A DNA stretch of 64,000 nt from Eledone cirrhosa. Taxonomy: Eukaryota. This document shows positions 24,258-38,185 of the stretch, one piece after another. Below the pieces are notes generated by a model. The model was given only the letters and a program-made list of their open reading frames with translations. It did not search any database and was not told the DNA's origin. Each line of letters begins with the position of its first letter. Position 1 is the stretch's first letter. The stretch spans positions 19,778,001 through 19,842,000 of the forward strand of contig OZ024752.1 in assembly GCA_964016885.1 (NCBI GenBank), written 5' to 3'. The translations under genes were made by a program, and so were the position numbers.

Positions 24258-25977
24258 TAGTTTCAACTTTTTGGCACAAGGCCAGCAATTACCCCAGTAC
24301 ATTACTGGTGCTTTATTTTGTCGACCCCCGTAAGGATGAAAAGCAAAGTTAACGTCGGCGAATTTGAACTCAGAACGCAAAGGGCCATAACTCTATGCTG
24401 CAAACCATGGTGTCTGACGCTCTACCGATTCTGCCAATCCACGACCAAAAAATAAATAAAGAAGAATAATAAAGATTCTGTAGGAGAGTGGATATGATGG
24501 GAGGGGGGTGGTTCTAGTGTTAGAATAGTTTTATAATGGGAGGGGGATTGTATAAAGTAGAATGTCTATAGTTACAACAGTAACTATAACAACCAGACAG
24601 TTACAATAATCACAACATTGGCAAAAGCTAATAGTGCTGGGACGTGCACTTAGACTCAGAAATAAAGAGAAAAACACACGCACATATACACACACATTAT
24701 ATATACACGCACATATACACACAACGCACATATACACTCACATTATATATATACACGCACATATACACACACATTATATATATATATACACGCACATACA
24801 CACACACATTATATATACACGCACATATACACACAACGCACATATACACACACATTATATATATATATATATATATATACACGCACATATACACACATAT
24901 ACACGCACATATACACACACATTATATATATATATACACGCACATATACACACACATTATATATACACGCACATATACACACACATTATATATATATACA
25001 CGCACATATACACACATATTTACACGCACATATACACAGACGCACATATATATATACGCATATATACACACACGCACACATACACACACATTATATATAC
25101 ACGCACATATACACACACATTATATATATATACACGCAAATATACACAACGCACATATACACACACGTTATATATATATATACACGCACATATGCACACA
25201 TATATACACGCACATATACACACACATATATACACGCACATATACACACATATATACACGCACATATACACAGACGCACATATACACACACATTATATAT
25301 ATATGTAAGGTAATGGATTGGCAGTATCGGTAGAGGGTCGGACGCCATGCTTTGACGCATAGAGTTACGGCCCTTTCCATTCTGAGTTCAAATCCCGCCG
25401 AGGTTAACTTTGCCTTTCATCCTTACAGGGTCGATAAAATAAAGTACCAGTAATGTGCTGGGTAATTGCTGGCCTTGTGCCAAAAGTAGAAACAATTATA
25501 TATATAATGTGTGTGTATATGTGCGTGTATATATAATGTGTGTGTATATGTGCGTGTTTATATATAGTGTGTGTATATGTGCGTGTATATATATGTGTGT
25601 ATATGTGCGTGGGTGTATATGTGCGTGCATATATATATATATATATAATTGTTTCTGCTTTTGGCACAAGGCCAGCAAATACCCAGTATATTACTGGTAC
25701 TTTATTTCATCGACCTCGTAAGGATGAAAGGCAAAGTTAACCACGGCGGGTTTTGAACTCGATTGGCAAGGGCCGTAACTCTATGCGTCAAAGCATGGCG
25801 TCCGACCCCCTACCGATACTGCCATTCCACAGCCATTATATATATATATATATGTCCCTTTACGATCTGAGTTCAAATCCCGCCGAGGTTAACTTTGCCT
25901 TTCATCCTTACGGGGTCGATAAAATAAAGTACCAGTAATGCACTGGGTATTGCTGGCCTTGTGCCTAAAGTAGAAAC

Positions 25978-26040
<63 letters not shown>

Positions 26041-26043
26041 ATG

Positions 26044-26085
<42 letters not shown>

Positions 26086-26087
26086 TA

Positions 26088-26144
<57 letters not shown>

Positions 26145-27905
26145 ATGTGTGTATATGTGCGTCTGTGTATATGTGCGTGTATATATGTGTGTGTATATGT
26201 GCGTTGTGTGTATATGTGCGTGTGTGTATATGTGCGTGTGTGTATATGTGCATGTATATATATATATATATAATGTGTGTGTATATGTGCGTTTGTGTAT
26301 ATGTGCGTGTATATATGTGCGTTGTATGTATGTATGTATATATATATATATATAATGTGTGTGTATATGTGCGTCTGTGTATATGTGCGTGTATATATAA
26401 TGTGTGTGTATATGTGCGTTGTGTGTATATGTGCGTTGTGTGTATATGTGCGTGTATATATATAATGTGAGTGTATATGTGCGTTGTGTGTATATGTGCG
26501 TGTATATATAATGTGTGTGTATATGTGCGTGTATATATATATATAATGTGAGTGTATATGTGCGTTGTGTGTATATGTGCGTGTATATATATAATGTGAG
26601 TGTATATGTGCGTTGTGTGTATATGTGCGTGTATATATAATGTGTGTGTATATGTGCGTGTGTTTTTCTCTTTATTTCTGAGTCTAAGTGCACGTCCCAG
26701 CACTATTAGCTTTTGCCAATGTTGTGATTATTGTAACTGTCTGGTTGTTATAGTTACTGTTGTAACTATAGACATTCTACTTTATACAATCCCCCTCCCA
26801 TTATAAAACTATTATAACGGGCGATGGATTGGCAGTATCGGTAGAGGGTCGGACGCCATGTTTTGACGCTTAGAGTTACGGCCCCTGCCATTCTGAGTTC
26901 AAATTCCGCCGAGGTTAACTTTGCCTTTCATCCTTATGGGGTCGATAAAATAAAGTACCAGTAATACACTGGGTATTTGCTGGCTTTGTGCCAAAAGTAG
27001 AAACAATTATATATATATATATATATATAGCGGCGATGAATTAGTTTTGCGAGGTTTTTTATATTGAGGACCGAGTAAGTTAGATCGCAGATATATATAT
27101 ATAAAAGACAGCGAGAAGCGAAAACCAACCAAACAGTGAGTGTGTTCTGTTATTAATTCTGGCAATATTACGCAAATATGACCCTCCCCAAATATAACAA
27201 TATATATATATAACGTTATACGTATTTATTTATTTATATACGTTTATTTAATTATTTGTATACACGCACACACACACATATTTATGTGTGCGTGTATTTG
27301 TATACCTATGGCGAGTGTTTTCGCGTATGCTTGTGTATGTACGTATATGGATGCGTGTATGTGTTTATTTAATTTCAATTACCTCTGTATTTTATTTCCT
27401 TTATTCTTAACTCTGAAGCCGAGAATCATTCGGTTTCCTAGTTAGAATTTTAGTCTACGACTTCTGCTATACCATTTACGTGGTTTTGTCTTTGCGTGCA
27501 ATTGTTCTCCACGCTCCACATATGACGTATTATCTTCGTTTTTTCCGTTCATTGCCAGAGAACGTCTCTATGCACCACCTAAGAGAACATTAGTCTACGA
27601 CCTCTTTTATACCATAAACATGGTTCTGTCTTTGCGCGTATTTGTTTTTCACCGCTCCTATTAATGACGTATTATTCGTTTTTTCCCGCGAACGTCTCCA
27701 CGAACCAAAGTATCGTCTTCCTGTCTTCCTTTTTGGCACAAGGCCAGCAATTACCCCAGTACATTACTGGTGCTTTATTTTGTCGACCCCCGTAAGGATG
27801 AAAAGCAAAGTTAACGTCGGCGAATTTGAACTCAGAACGCAAAGGGCCATAACTCTATGCTGCAAACCATGGTGTCTGACGCTCTACCGATTCTGCCAAT
27901 CCACG
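24258..27905. mobile_element. Cluster of SINE family A copies (24258-24445 -, 25313-25498 +, 25647-25830 -, 25853-25981 +, 26819-27008 +, 27729-27905 -) interleaved with (CA/TA) minisatellite
   Basis: Family consensus matches at each position. Confidence 0.9.
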
Positions 27906-28314
27906 ACCAAAAAATAAATAAAGAAGAATAATAAAGATTCTGTAGGAGAGTGGATATGATGGGAGGGGGGGTGGTTCTAGTGTTAGAATAGTTTTATAAT
28001 GGGAGGGGGAATGTATAAAGTAGAATGTCTATAGTTACAACAGTAACTATAACAACCAGACAGTTACAATAATCACAACATTGGCAAAAGCTAATAGTGC
28101 TGGGACGTGCACTTAGACTCAGAACGACCTCTTTTATACCATAAACATGGTTCTGTCTTTGCGCGTATTTGTTTTTCACCGCTCCTATTAATGACGTATT
28201 ATTCGTTTTTTTCCCGCGAACGTTTCCACGAACCAAAGTATCGTCTTCCTGTCTTCCTCCGGTTGCAACGTTTTTCGAAATATTTACTTCGGCGTTCACA
28301 GATTGATTTCTTTT

Positions 28315-28365
28315 AGTTTCAGAAGATCCCGTTAAGGGTGAAAGCAGCGATTCTTTGCTTAAACT
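28315..28365 (+). ncRNA. Hammerhead ribozyme variant (U at cleavage position, U4 mutated)
   Basis: agttt-CAGAAGA-tccc-gtta-agggt-GAAA-gca-gcgattctt-tgc-TT-aaact. Confidence 0.6.
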
Positions 28366-29311
28366 TTAATCTGTTATTTTAATAAATATTTGCTCTACGG
28401 TTCTTATATATTTAATATATATTTATCCTTATCGAGCCCTCTTTGGATTTTAGTCTTCAAATTTATTATTATTACTATATATAACGCTATATATGTGTAT
28501 TTGTATGTATATATATATCACATTATATATCTATTATATATATATATATATATATTTACACACACGGATTGAGGGTTAGATATAGAGGCGAGAGATGGAG
28601 AGAGAGAGAGTGTGGGGGGAGGGGGAGGGGGTTAGGGAGGGAGGCAGCAAAAACGGAAGAAGGGAAATATCCAGCAATATTGACAAGAGAAATGAGGATG
28701 AATTGACGTCAGCGAGATACAACAGAGTTGAAGTAGGGAAGAGTAATATATAAATATAGAATATATATATATATTTAGTGTTCTGTCAGACCCAGGATTA
28801 TTTACTTGAGTAAATATCACCAGAATCTAACTACTAATTTTGATACAGAAACACATAAGATATATTTACAAAACACCATATCGAATACAAGTCTTCATTT
28901 TATTTTAACTCCGTCATAATCGTGGTATACAAAATATCCTCACGCATATTTAGGTTTAGTCCAAGCTCGTGGTCAACATCCTCATCTCCAGTGTTGTCGG
29001 TTCGAAGGAAAGCGCCAAGGAGAGGGTATACCTTCGGCGTAAACGCGCCTGGCCGAAGGTCAGGCAGCCAAAAGGTGAAAAGAGAGGAAGATAGCCTTCA
29101 GCTCTCTCCTTTATAGTTCCCTGGACGGAAGTCACCAAGAAGGTTCTGGAAATTCCAACGGGAAGTAACTCCAGCTACTTCCTGTCTAGAGAGCGTTGTG
29201 GTGCTATTAAGTTAGACATGGCCTGGGCCAATACTGGCCGAAAGTTGTCAAAGTTATATATTTATATATATATAATATAAAATCAAAAGATGGTTAAAAG
29301 AGTTCCATGTA

Positions 29312-29378
29312 TTTTATTATGCGCATTGCAAAAACAAATATCATCATGGGATGATATTTGCGTTCTCATCAGATAAAA
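29312..29378 (-). ncRNA. Hammerhead ribozyme with one core mutation (GAAA to GCAA)
   Basis: ttttat-CTGATGA-gaacgcaaatatcat...gatatttgttttt-GCAA-tgcgca-TA-ataaaa; palindromic stem III. Confidence 0.6.
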
Positions 29379-29618
29379 TAGGGAGACATGATATGAAGCT
29401 TAAAAAACACTTGCGAGCAGTGAAGTATTAAATCAACATATGAAAAATAAAGTAAGATGGATATATGAGATTGGGAAAAAAAGGAAAGGAAGGGGGCAAG
29501 GAAAAGGTAAGGAAGAGGAAGAAAGAATATAATAAGAAAATAAATATAATAATAAGGAAAGGATGACGGAGGAGGAGTATATTTGTATTGCTTTATTGTG
29601 CTACAATAAAACTCACCT

Positions 29619-29656
<38 letters not shown>

Positions 29657-29659
29657 AAC

Positions 29660-29794
29660 ACACCAATATGAGTCAGGACCCCGACGGCAGAGTTCTTGCC
29701 GTTTCAACAGGTAGTTCCACACTCTACTACCCCTAGTATCGATTACTCTGGTGAGTAATGGTCTAACAAGTTTCTTACTGAATCCATCTTGATT

Positions 29795-29795
<1 letters not shown>
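29660..29795. mobile_element. Diverged F1-related element (inverted HHR 3' half plus tail)
   Basis: gaccccgacggcagagttcttgccgtttc followed by cactctactacccctagtat... Confidence 0.65.
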
Positions 29796-29873
<78 letters not shown>

Positions 29874-29959
29874 ATAGGTAGCCAAACAATAAATAAATGA
29901 ATATATAAAAATAAGCAGCTATAGACAGACAGACAGATAGAGAGACAGACAGATGCATA

Positions 29960-30230
29960 GATAGAAAAGAAGGGGGGAACAGGTACTACACCCCAGTCTG
30001 AGCGATACCTCAGCCGCGCCCCGCGGACGAAACGGCAAAAGCGTTACCACGGAGAATGGCCATAGACACCCGCTGCAGCAGCCACCCTACCTAACGGGAC
30101 TCCTTCCATCCTTTCGACTGTAAGGAGGAAATCAGCTGTGCGGGGTAGCACGGATGCCAGAGGACTCGACGGAGACCAGTGCAAAGAGGAAGCGGTAAGG
30201 TGTGTGCTGAAACTTTCAAGAAATCTAAGT
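29960..30230 (-). mobile_element. CRE-like non-LTR retrotransposon 3' fragment (restriction-like endonuclease C-terminus)
   Basis: Frameshifted YRFLFALVSVESSGI...TADFL...WLLQRVSMAILRGNAFAVSSAGRG*. Confidence 0.78.
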
Positions 30231-30347
30231 AGGCAAGTGTGGCAGAATGTGTTGAGAGGAAACATCATTTGTCATCTAAGAAGAATGAAGTCGGTTTGCA
30301 AAGGAAAGCTGGGGGGGGGGGGTATATTAAAAATAATTACATGTAAT

Positions 30348-30730
30348 AGCTTCTGATTTAGGTACAAGGCCAACAATTTTGGGGAGGAAGGGAAGTCGAT
30401 TAAATCGATCTTGGAATGGTGAAATGAAAAGTTGACCTCGGCAGAATTTGAACTCAGAACCTAGAATGCCGTGAATAAAACTTCGAACACCCTGAACAAA
30501 CATATATAATGGTTTCTGATTTAGGTACAAGGCCAACAATTTTGGTGGGGAGGAGAAAATCGATTAAATCGACCCCCAGTACATTACTGATACTTTATTG
30601 TAAGGACCCCGTAAGGATGAAAGGCAAAACTAACCTCGGCGAGATTTGAACTCAGTATGTAAAGAGCCGTAACTATATGCCGCAAAGAACAATGTCCGAC
30701 GCTCTAATGGTACTACCAGCCCACCGCCCT
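30348..30730 (-). mobile_element. SINE family A copies (partial plus full)
   Basis: Family consensus. Confidence 0.82.
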
Positions 30731-32029
30731 AATAACCACATATAATAAAACATATTTATTAATTCGAAAAAAACTGATTTTTTCTAACAACTTAAAAACG
30801 TTTATATTTTTCATGCCTATTCTATTTTTATTTTTTTCTCAACAGTTCTGGAGTTGCCTACTTGCAGATAACTTTAATGGCAGGACTAAAAAAATGCTGC
30901 ATATGCAATAGATGTATATTCCTGAAGACAAAACAAAATAAAGTAAATTAATGCAATGGCCTGAATGTTTCTAAAAAAACTGTGAATATAAAAATGTGTG
31001 TTGATGTTGAGAGATATAAAACATAGCAGCAGAATGGGGAGACAGCGATGTCGAACTAAGTACTTCCTTATCGGCCATCTTTGCCAAATATGTGTGTCTG
31101 TGTATGTGAGAATGTGTGTGAGAGAGTGTGTATGTGTGAGTTTCTGTGTATGTGAGTGCGTGAGTGTGTGTAAGTGTGTGAGTGTGTGTAAGTGTGAGTG
31201 TGTGAGAGAGTATGTAAGTGTGTGAGAGTGTGTCAGTGTGTATGTGTGAATGTGTGTCAGTGTGAGTGTGTGAGAGAGTATGTGTAAGTGTGTGTGAAAG
31301 AGAGTGTGTGTATGTGTATGTATGCGAGTGTGTGTGTATGTACGTATGTGTATGTATGAGTGTGTATGTATGAGTGAGTGTGTGTGTATGTGTGTGTATG
31401 TGTATGTAAGTGAATGTGAGTGTGTGTGAGAGAGGAGAGAAAGTGTGTGTGCGCGTGTATAAAGATAGAAAGACGTGTATGTTTGTATGTATATGTGTAT
31501 ATATATGTGTATGTATATGCATATATACATATATATATTTATACGTACCTACCTACTTACATACATAGTTACATTACACACACACATACATTACACACAC
31601 ATTCTCTCACACACTAGCACACATTATACACACACACTCTCTCACACGCACACACACACATACACACACATACACTCTCACACACACACACACATTACAC
31701 ACACACACACACATTACACACATACACTCTCTCACGCACACACATACACACACACACATTCACACATTCACTGCTATTAAAATTCCAACAAAGGTTTTTT
31801 CCAAACCCCTCGTTGGCAATATAGACTAAGAAGAATTTTGGAGGTTTGCCAACAGAATATAAAAATGAAGGAATCGGGAGGAGGAGAATGACAACGGAGC
31901 AAGTAGGTACCAATAGGTAATAATATACATGGTATTTCACTGTTTGAAGATATGGCAACCGGTGGGTAAAGTAAAGAGAATAAGGTATGGTTTGAACGTG
32001 GTTGAGAGGAAACCATGAGGCAAGAAATC

Positions 32030-32515
32030 CACCACTACCACCACCACCTAAACCACCACCAACAACAACAAAACGACTACGTAAAACACCACTACCACCC
32101 CCAACAACCCCATACCACCACTACCCAACAACAACAAAACCACTACGTCACACACCACTACCAACAACCCCATACCACCACCAACAACAACAACAAAACC
32201 ACTACGTCACACACCACTACCAACAACCCCATACCACCACCAACAACAACAACAAAACCACTACATCACACACCACTACCACCAACAACAACAACAAAAC
32301 CACTACATCACACAACAACAACAAAACCACTACGTCACACAACAACAACAACAAAACCACTACGTCACATAACAACAACAACAACAACAAAACCACTACG
32401 TCACACACCACTACCACCACCAACAACCCCATACCACCACCTAAACCACCACCACTACAAACAGCAATAACCACTATCACCATGACAACAACCCCATACC
32501 ACCACCACCATCACC
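32030..32515. repeat. (ACC/AAC)n-derived simple repeat
   Basis: Trinucleotide periodicity with recurring aaaaccactacgtcacac. Confidence 0.9.
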
Positions 32516-33402
32516 ACTTCAAGACTGTTTCGATAGGTGGAGATGTGGTGGCTATTGGAATGGGCATCCGTCAGTTTCGACGTAGATTGTGCCAGTGGTC
32601 CGGTGAACAGAACAGTTTTCTCTATAAAATTAACTTGTAAGCCGCTAAGCATTCCACAGAGACATGTACCCTGTGGTGTTGGTGGTGGTGGTGGTAGTGG
32701 TGAAGATAGTAGTAGTAGTGATTTTAGTATCAGGAGTAGTAGTGGTGGTGGTGATCGTGGTAGAGTTGAATTAAGTGTCTTGGTATTTGTCCACGCTCTC
32801 TACCCTTTGTGTTCAAGTCCTGCCGGGGTCAATTTTGTCTTTTATGCTTTCTGTGTCGATAAATAAAGGACCAGTTCAGGGGAGGTGTGTGTGTGTATGT
32901 GTGTGTGTAGGGGGGGGGGCTGTTAGATAGTTAAACGGGATGCTTGGCAGCATATGTTCCGGCTGTATGCTTTCTAGGTTCATACGTTGTCACCACCGGA
33001 AAACCGATGACACTTCTGTTAGCAGCTGTGGCCGTCAGACAATACCAATGGAAATACTAATGAAAACATAGTTTCATTGGTTTCAACTAATAATTGACTT
33101 TCTTTCTTTTCCTTTGCCTTTCCCTTTTTTTTTCATGCATAAATTGTATGTATCCACGTTGAATTTTCAAACTATATCATAAATATTCATTGGGTTTTTT
33201 TTTTTTTCAATCTTAGATTATCCATATAATATAACAATCGAATATAATTAACATGAACACTGTTCAATCAATGACAACCTGTGGTTATTGGAGTTGTTGG
33301 TATTGTAAGATGTGGTTGCTATGTGTCGCTGTCGAAGCTGTATGTTGCTATATGCCACTGTGTCTTTGTGGATTGTACATTGAGCAGCAACAGGAATTAT
33401 CG

Positions 33403-33457
<55 letters not shown>

Positions 33458-33468
33458 TAACAGATTAA

Positions 33469-33514
33469 AGTTTAAGCAAAGAATCGCTGCTTTCACCCAT
33501 AACGGGATCTTCAG
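33469..33514 (-). ncRNA. Hammerhead core in the inverted arm of a fold-back element (33451-33630)
   Basis: CTGAAGA-tcccgttatgggt-GAAA-gca...tgc-TT-aaact. The + strand copy restarts 3 nt past the cleavage site. Confidence 0.7.
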
Positions 33515-34353
33515 ATCTTTAATCTGTTATTTTAATAAATATTTGCTCTACGGTTCTCATATATTTGATATATATTTATCCTTATCGAGCCCTCTTTGGA
33601 TTTTAGTCTTCAAATTTATTATTATTACTATATATATATATATATACATATATAAATAAATACATAATCGGAGAAAGCTAATAGCGATACTCCGGCCAAA
33701 TTCCAACTCACTCAACAAATATTAGGAAATACCTGAGTATATTCCCAATTAAACGTTTGGGGTGCTAACTATATTGTATTGTGTGGATAATTGGCTGTAA
33801 TATTTCATATGAGATATATTAAATATATCATTTCCCAGACGACTCGTTTCATTATAAGAATATATATATATAGACGCGCGTGCATACGTGTGTGTGTGAT
33901 TTTACAGGATTAGAACTGTTTCATTGGTATGAAATCATAGGAACAGCTGTATTCCCGTAGAAGTCCTATATAAAGTAAATATGCTTCTTCCCTTCTAGAG
34001 TTCCTCATTTAACTGTAAGGTTCATTCCCGACTCCCTTCGGAAAACCTTTTCACTCATCATTCCATATGTCTACACATTCTTCTATAGAATATATATACA
34101 GTATATATACAGTATATATACAGTATACTGTCTTTCTTGTACAATATATGGATCTTTATATATATATATATATACATATGTCTTTTTTCATTTGGTTATA
34201 AAATATATATATATATATACGTATATATATATATATTAATAAGAGGAATTCCAACTTTGTCTGATTTACTCGTTTTATTTACAATCCTTTAAAATATATA
34301 TAATGGTATTATAATGAAATAGTATGATAGAATATTAAATTCTAAGTGTTAAT

Positions 34354-34392
34354 TGAACAAGTACTTTCATGCTTTCGCAATCTTCAGGTTCA
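34354..34392 (-). ncRNA. Minimal type I hammerhead ribozyme
   Basis: tgaac-CTGAAGA-t-tgc-gaaa-gca-t-GAAA-gtac-TT-gttca; perfect stem I and palindromic stem III AAGTACTT. Confidence 0.82.
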
Positions 34393-34654
34393 TGATATGT
34401 GGTGACAGTCGAGTTTGTAATTTTCAACTGTGATATATATATACGTATGTATATATGTATATATATATATGTATGTATGTATATATGTGCATGTATGTGT
34501 ATATATATATATATATAAATGTGTGTGCGTGTGTGTATGTGTGCATGTATGTGTATATATATATGTATGTATGTATATATGTGCATGTATGTATATATGT
34601 GCATGTATGTATATATGTGCATGAATATATATACACACATATATATATATATAA

Positions 34655-34710
<56 letters not shown>

Positions 34711-35139
34711 ATATATATGTATATATATGTATATATGTGCGTATGTGTGTGTGCGTGCGTGTGTGTGTGTGAGTGGGTATACGCGTGGGCGTGTGTGCAT
34801 TTACCTGTACTGTTTATTTATGATTTAACTGTTCGATAAAGAGATCGATAAAATAAGTACCAGATTTGAAAGAATAAGTATTGAGGTCGATATTATCGAC
34901 TAAAATCTTCCAAGGGAGTGTTACAGCATGGCCGCTATCTAGTGACTGAAACTAGTAAAGGAAAAGAATTTAAAAAATACTAACGTCAATTAAATTGACA
35001 GTGCCACTTCATTTGAAAAATCGATCTTCAGCTTAAGTTGGGAATCAATATATTGGATTGGTCGAGAAGAAACCGTTGTTTCACCTCAGATTAGTAGAGA
35101 AACCCTATATCATGTCCTCGTGTACTGCAAACATTGAGT

Positions 35140-35380
35140 CGGTGTTAATCTCGGTTACATGCCATGAAGAGATTGAGAGTACAAGACTTCCCCCTGGACA
35201 GGACACCAGTCCATCGCAGGGTTAAACCCCCAGCTATTGTTGCTACTCATTTTCAGCTGAGTATACTGGAACAACGTGAAATGAAGTATTTTGCTCAACG
35301 ACACAACACGCAACCCAGGAATCAAACACACGACATTATGATCGTAAGTCCAACACCGTTACCACTAGGCCACGTGCCCT
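35140..35380 (-). mobile_element. tRNA-derived SINE family B (V-domain-like 3' part); other copies near 19560, 19960, 36370, 38835, 40180, 46470, 61035
   Basis: tRNA-like head, tgtgtcgttgagcaaaatacttcatttcacgttg body and gatggactggtgtcctgtccaggg motif. Confidence 0.78.
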
Positions 35381-35399
35381 TCATGCTAACATTGGCATA

Positions 35400-35760
35400 A
35401 GACCAGTAATGTGAGAAGGGGAGAGAGCCTCAGTACTTAACTATTTTATTTTATCGACCCCAGAATGGTGAAAGGCAAAGTTGACCTCGGCGGGATTTGA
35501 ACTGAGAATGTAGAATGATGGGACTAAAATGTCGAACACTCTGAGCAAACCTTTATAATGGTTTCTAATTTAGACACAAGGCCAACAATTTTTTTTCGGG
35601 GGGGGTCGACCCCAGTATATTACTAGAACTTTATTTTATCGACCCCGTAAGGATAAAAGGCAAAGCTAACCTCGGTGGGATTTGAACACAGAAGGTAAAG
35701 GAACGTAACTAAATACCACAAATATGTTTGTCACTCTACCGATACTGCCAATCCACCGCC
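35400..35760 (-). mobile_element. SINE family A copies (2)
   Basis: Family consensus. Confidence 0.82.
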
Positions 35761-37177
35761 TTGAGCAAACCTAATAAAAACCACGAAGTTCCCTTTTTTT
35801 TACAGGGAGTGTGGCTTTTCTTTTTTAAAAGATACTGAGGAATATTTCGCTGTTATGTCTAGCAAGTCAAGTGACTGTGTTGATACTCCTTCATCGGCTA
35901 CTTAAGAAACACCTGGACACCATATTATACGTCTTAAAGTAATTAGTCCCGTTTCATTAGATCCCGAGTTCGCATCCTTTTCGGACCAGTTTTACTTTTC
36001 CTCTCTCTGTCATCGATAACAATAAATACCAAAATCAATAAGATAATGTATTCGAGTCAATCGATTACGTTCCTAATCCCTTAAATTAACTGGCTTTATG
36101 TAAAAATCAATAAATCCCTCATACAATATACCGTTGGACTTTTCAAGGCGTAGTTGTAATTAGAAAAGACATATTAAATATTCTATTTAACTATATAGGC
36201 CCAGAGCAAGATAGTCTCGATAAGGGGTCCAGCCGGAGACGGTTGCTTTTGACAGGACCCACTGGAAGGGGTGTTTGAGAACTCTGCCCCCACGACCATG
36301 CCAAGAAGAAGAAGAAGAACTCACACCTATACAGATTTAGCTGGTCTTTTACAAGGTTGCTTGCAAATCATAGGTTACTCAGGTGTTTTAATGATAGGGA
36401 CCCCCAGTCATATCTTATAAAGCAATTTAAAATGAGATGACTTGCACGAGAACACAAAGCGCTACCTTATAGTCGTGAGTTCAACACCCTAACCACTAGG
36501 CCACGCGACATCACATTAAAGGACACACTTACAGCGGCTTCCTTATGAGAAATCAAGTTAAGTACAACAGCCTAACGAATCACTGCTACCCTCACCCCAT
36601 TTCTACCTTTAAACCACCTCATGTCGCTTATGGCTTTGAGAAAAGCACGTTCAAGCCATTTAGGTTACTTAGAGTTGTGAGAAAAGCACGAACATCGAAA
36701 CATGTCTTAGTTACTTCTGTAAATATTAGAGACCAGCATGACTGGGTAAAATATGTTTGCTTGGTTTGTTTTGTGTGGAATTTTTATAGTCAAAGAAAGA
36801 AAAACGGTGAACTAGCAGATAAATCAACTTGTGGTATTTGTTCCGGCTCTTTGCGCTCTGAGTTAAAAAACCCGCCGAAGTCAACTTTGCCTTTCATCCT
36901 TTAGAGGTCAATTTAAAAAAGAATCGATCCAACTCTCTCTCTCTCTCTCTTTCTTTCTCTGGAAAAAATCCGGAGTGTTTAGATATGATTAAGGGATGGG
37001 CCCCGCCAGGTTCTAAATTCCCAAGACATGCTGTTTGTCACTACAGTGCACCTACGATTCAACCAAGAGTTACGGGTCCACACATACATAGAAAGAAGGG
37101 CAACAACCACAACCTTTCTCATAGTCTTCAAGATTAGTGGGAGGAAAAAAGGAAGGTATTCTAAGGATCAGAGAGTT

Positions 37178-37465
37178 GGTGCCCCAGCATGGCCACTATC
37201 TAACGACTGAAATTAGTGTGTTGCCTTAGCATGGCCACTGTCAAATGACTGAAACCAGTAAAACACTGGAGTGCTCCAGCATGGCCACAGTCTGATGACT
37301 GAAACTTGTTACTGAGTGTGGTGCCTCAGCATAGCCACTGTCTAATGAATGAAACCAGTAAAAGAGTGCAGTGCCCCAGCATGGACGTACTCTAATGACT
37401 GAAACCAGTAAAAGAGCGTGATGCCTCAGCATGGCCGTAGTCTAGTAACCGAACAAAAGAATAAA
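37178..37465 (+). repeat. ~6 tandem copies of a ~47-bp SINE 3' terminal module
   Basis: Repeats of gtgccccagcatggccactgtctaatgactgaaaccagtaaaa; the same module ends the SINE at 34845-34965. Confidence 0.8.
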
Positions 37466-37847
37466 AATGTAGGAATAACACTGACCATACTGAATTACAC
37501 ATAGAAGAAACACTACAATATCTGAAGACAACTGATATGTCATCTCTGTGGCCATAAAACTGTTTACAGCAAACATGACAGCAACAACAACAGTGTCAGT
37601 TATGGAATAAGATCCTTCGTTTTTCTCACATGTAGTAGACGTAAATCATTATTATTTTACGCTTATATTCTTTTACTCATTATTAGACTGCGGCCATGCT
37701 GGGGCAACACCTTGATTTATCGATCATATTGACCCTAATACTAATTGTTTGTTTGTGTTTTTTAATTATATATCTTATCGATGAGTTTTTTTTTTATCGA
37801 ACTGTTAAATTACGGGAGATAAACGTAAACACAGGCATATATATATA

Positions 37848-38185
37848 AGGGGACGGCAGAAAGCCAAACGACATGACAATCTTCCCGTTCCGCGGGGGTA
37901 GGGCCCCTCATCTGGGATGCTGTGATACACCTCTAGAAGAAACCAGCCCAGGCTCTGCTGCTCGCCAGGCTGAAGAGGGCCGCTCTCGTGGTAGAGCATG
38001 TAGCAGTGGAGTCTTCCGGCATTCTTAATCCTCCGGACTACATCCCAGTTCACTACTATCGGAGCGGAGTTACCTACCCATGGGTGCGAGCCCCGTGATG
38101 TGGAGTGGCTGTTCCAGCATGTCTCCCTTGCCCTCCTCCAGGGCAATGTATTCTCTATCCTGTAAGCCAGGACCAAGAGGTGAAA
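37848..38185 (+). mobile_element. CRE-like non-LTR retrotransposon endonuclease fragment
   Basis: Frameshifted DGRKPNDMTIFPFRGGR..LIWDA..PGSAARQAEEG..HVAVESSGIL..EPRDVEWLFQHVSLALLQGNVFSIL. Confidence 0.82.

Noticed and set aside
24634-26703. Long H/T/Y/I-rich ORFs
   Set aside because: Translations of (CA)/(TA) compound microsatellite.
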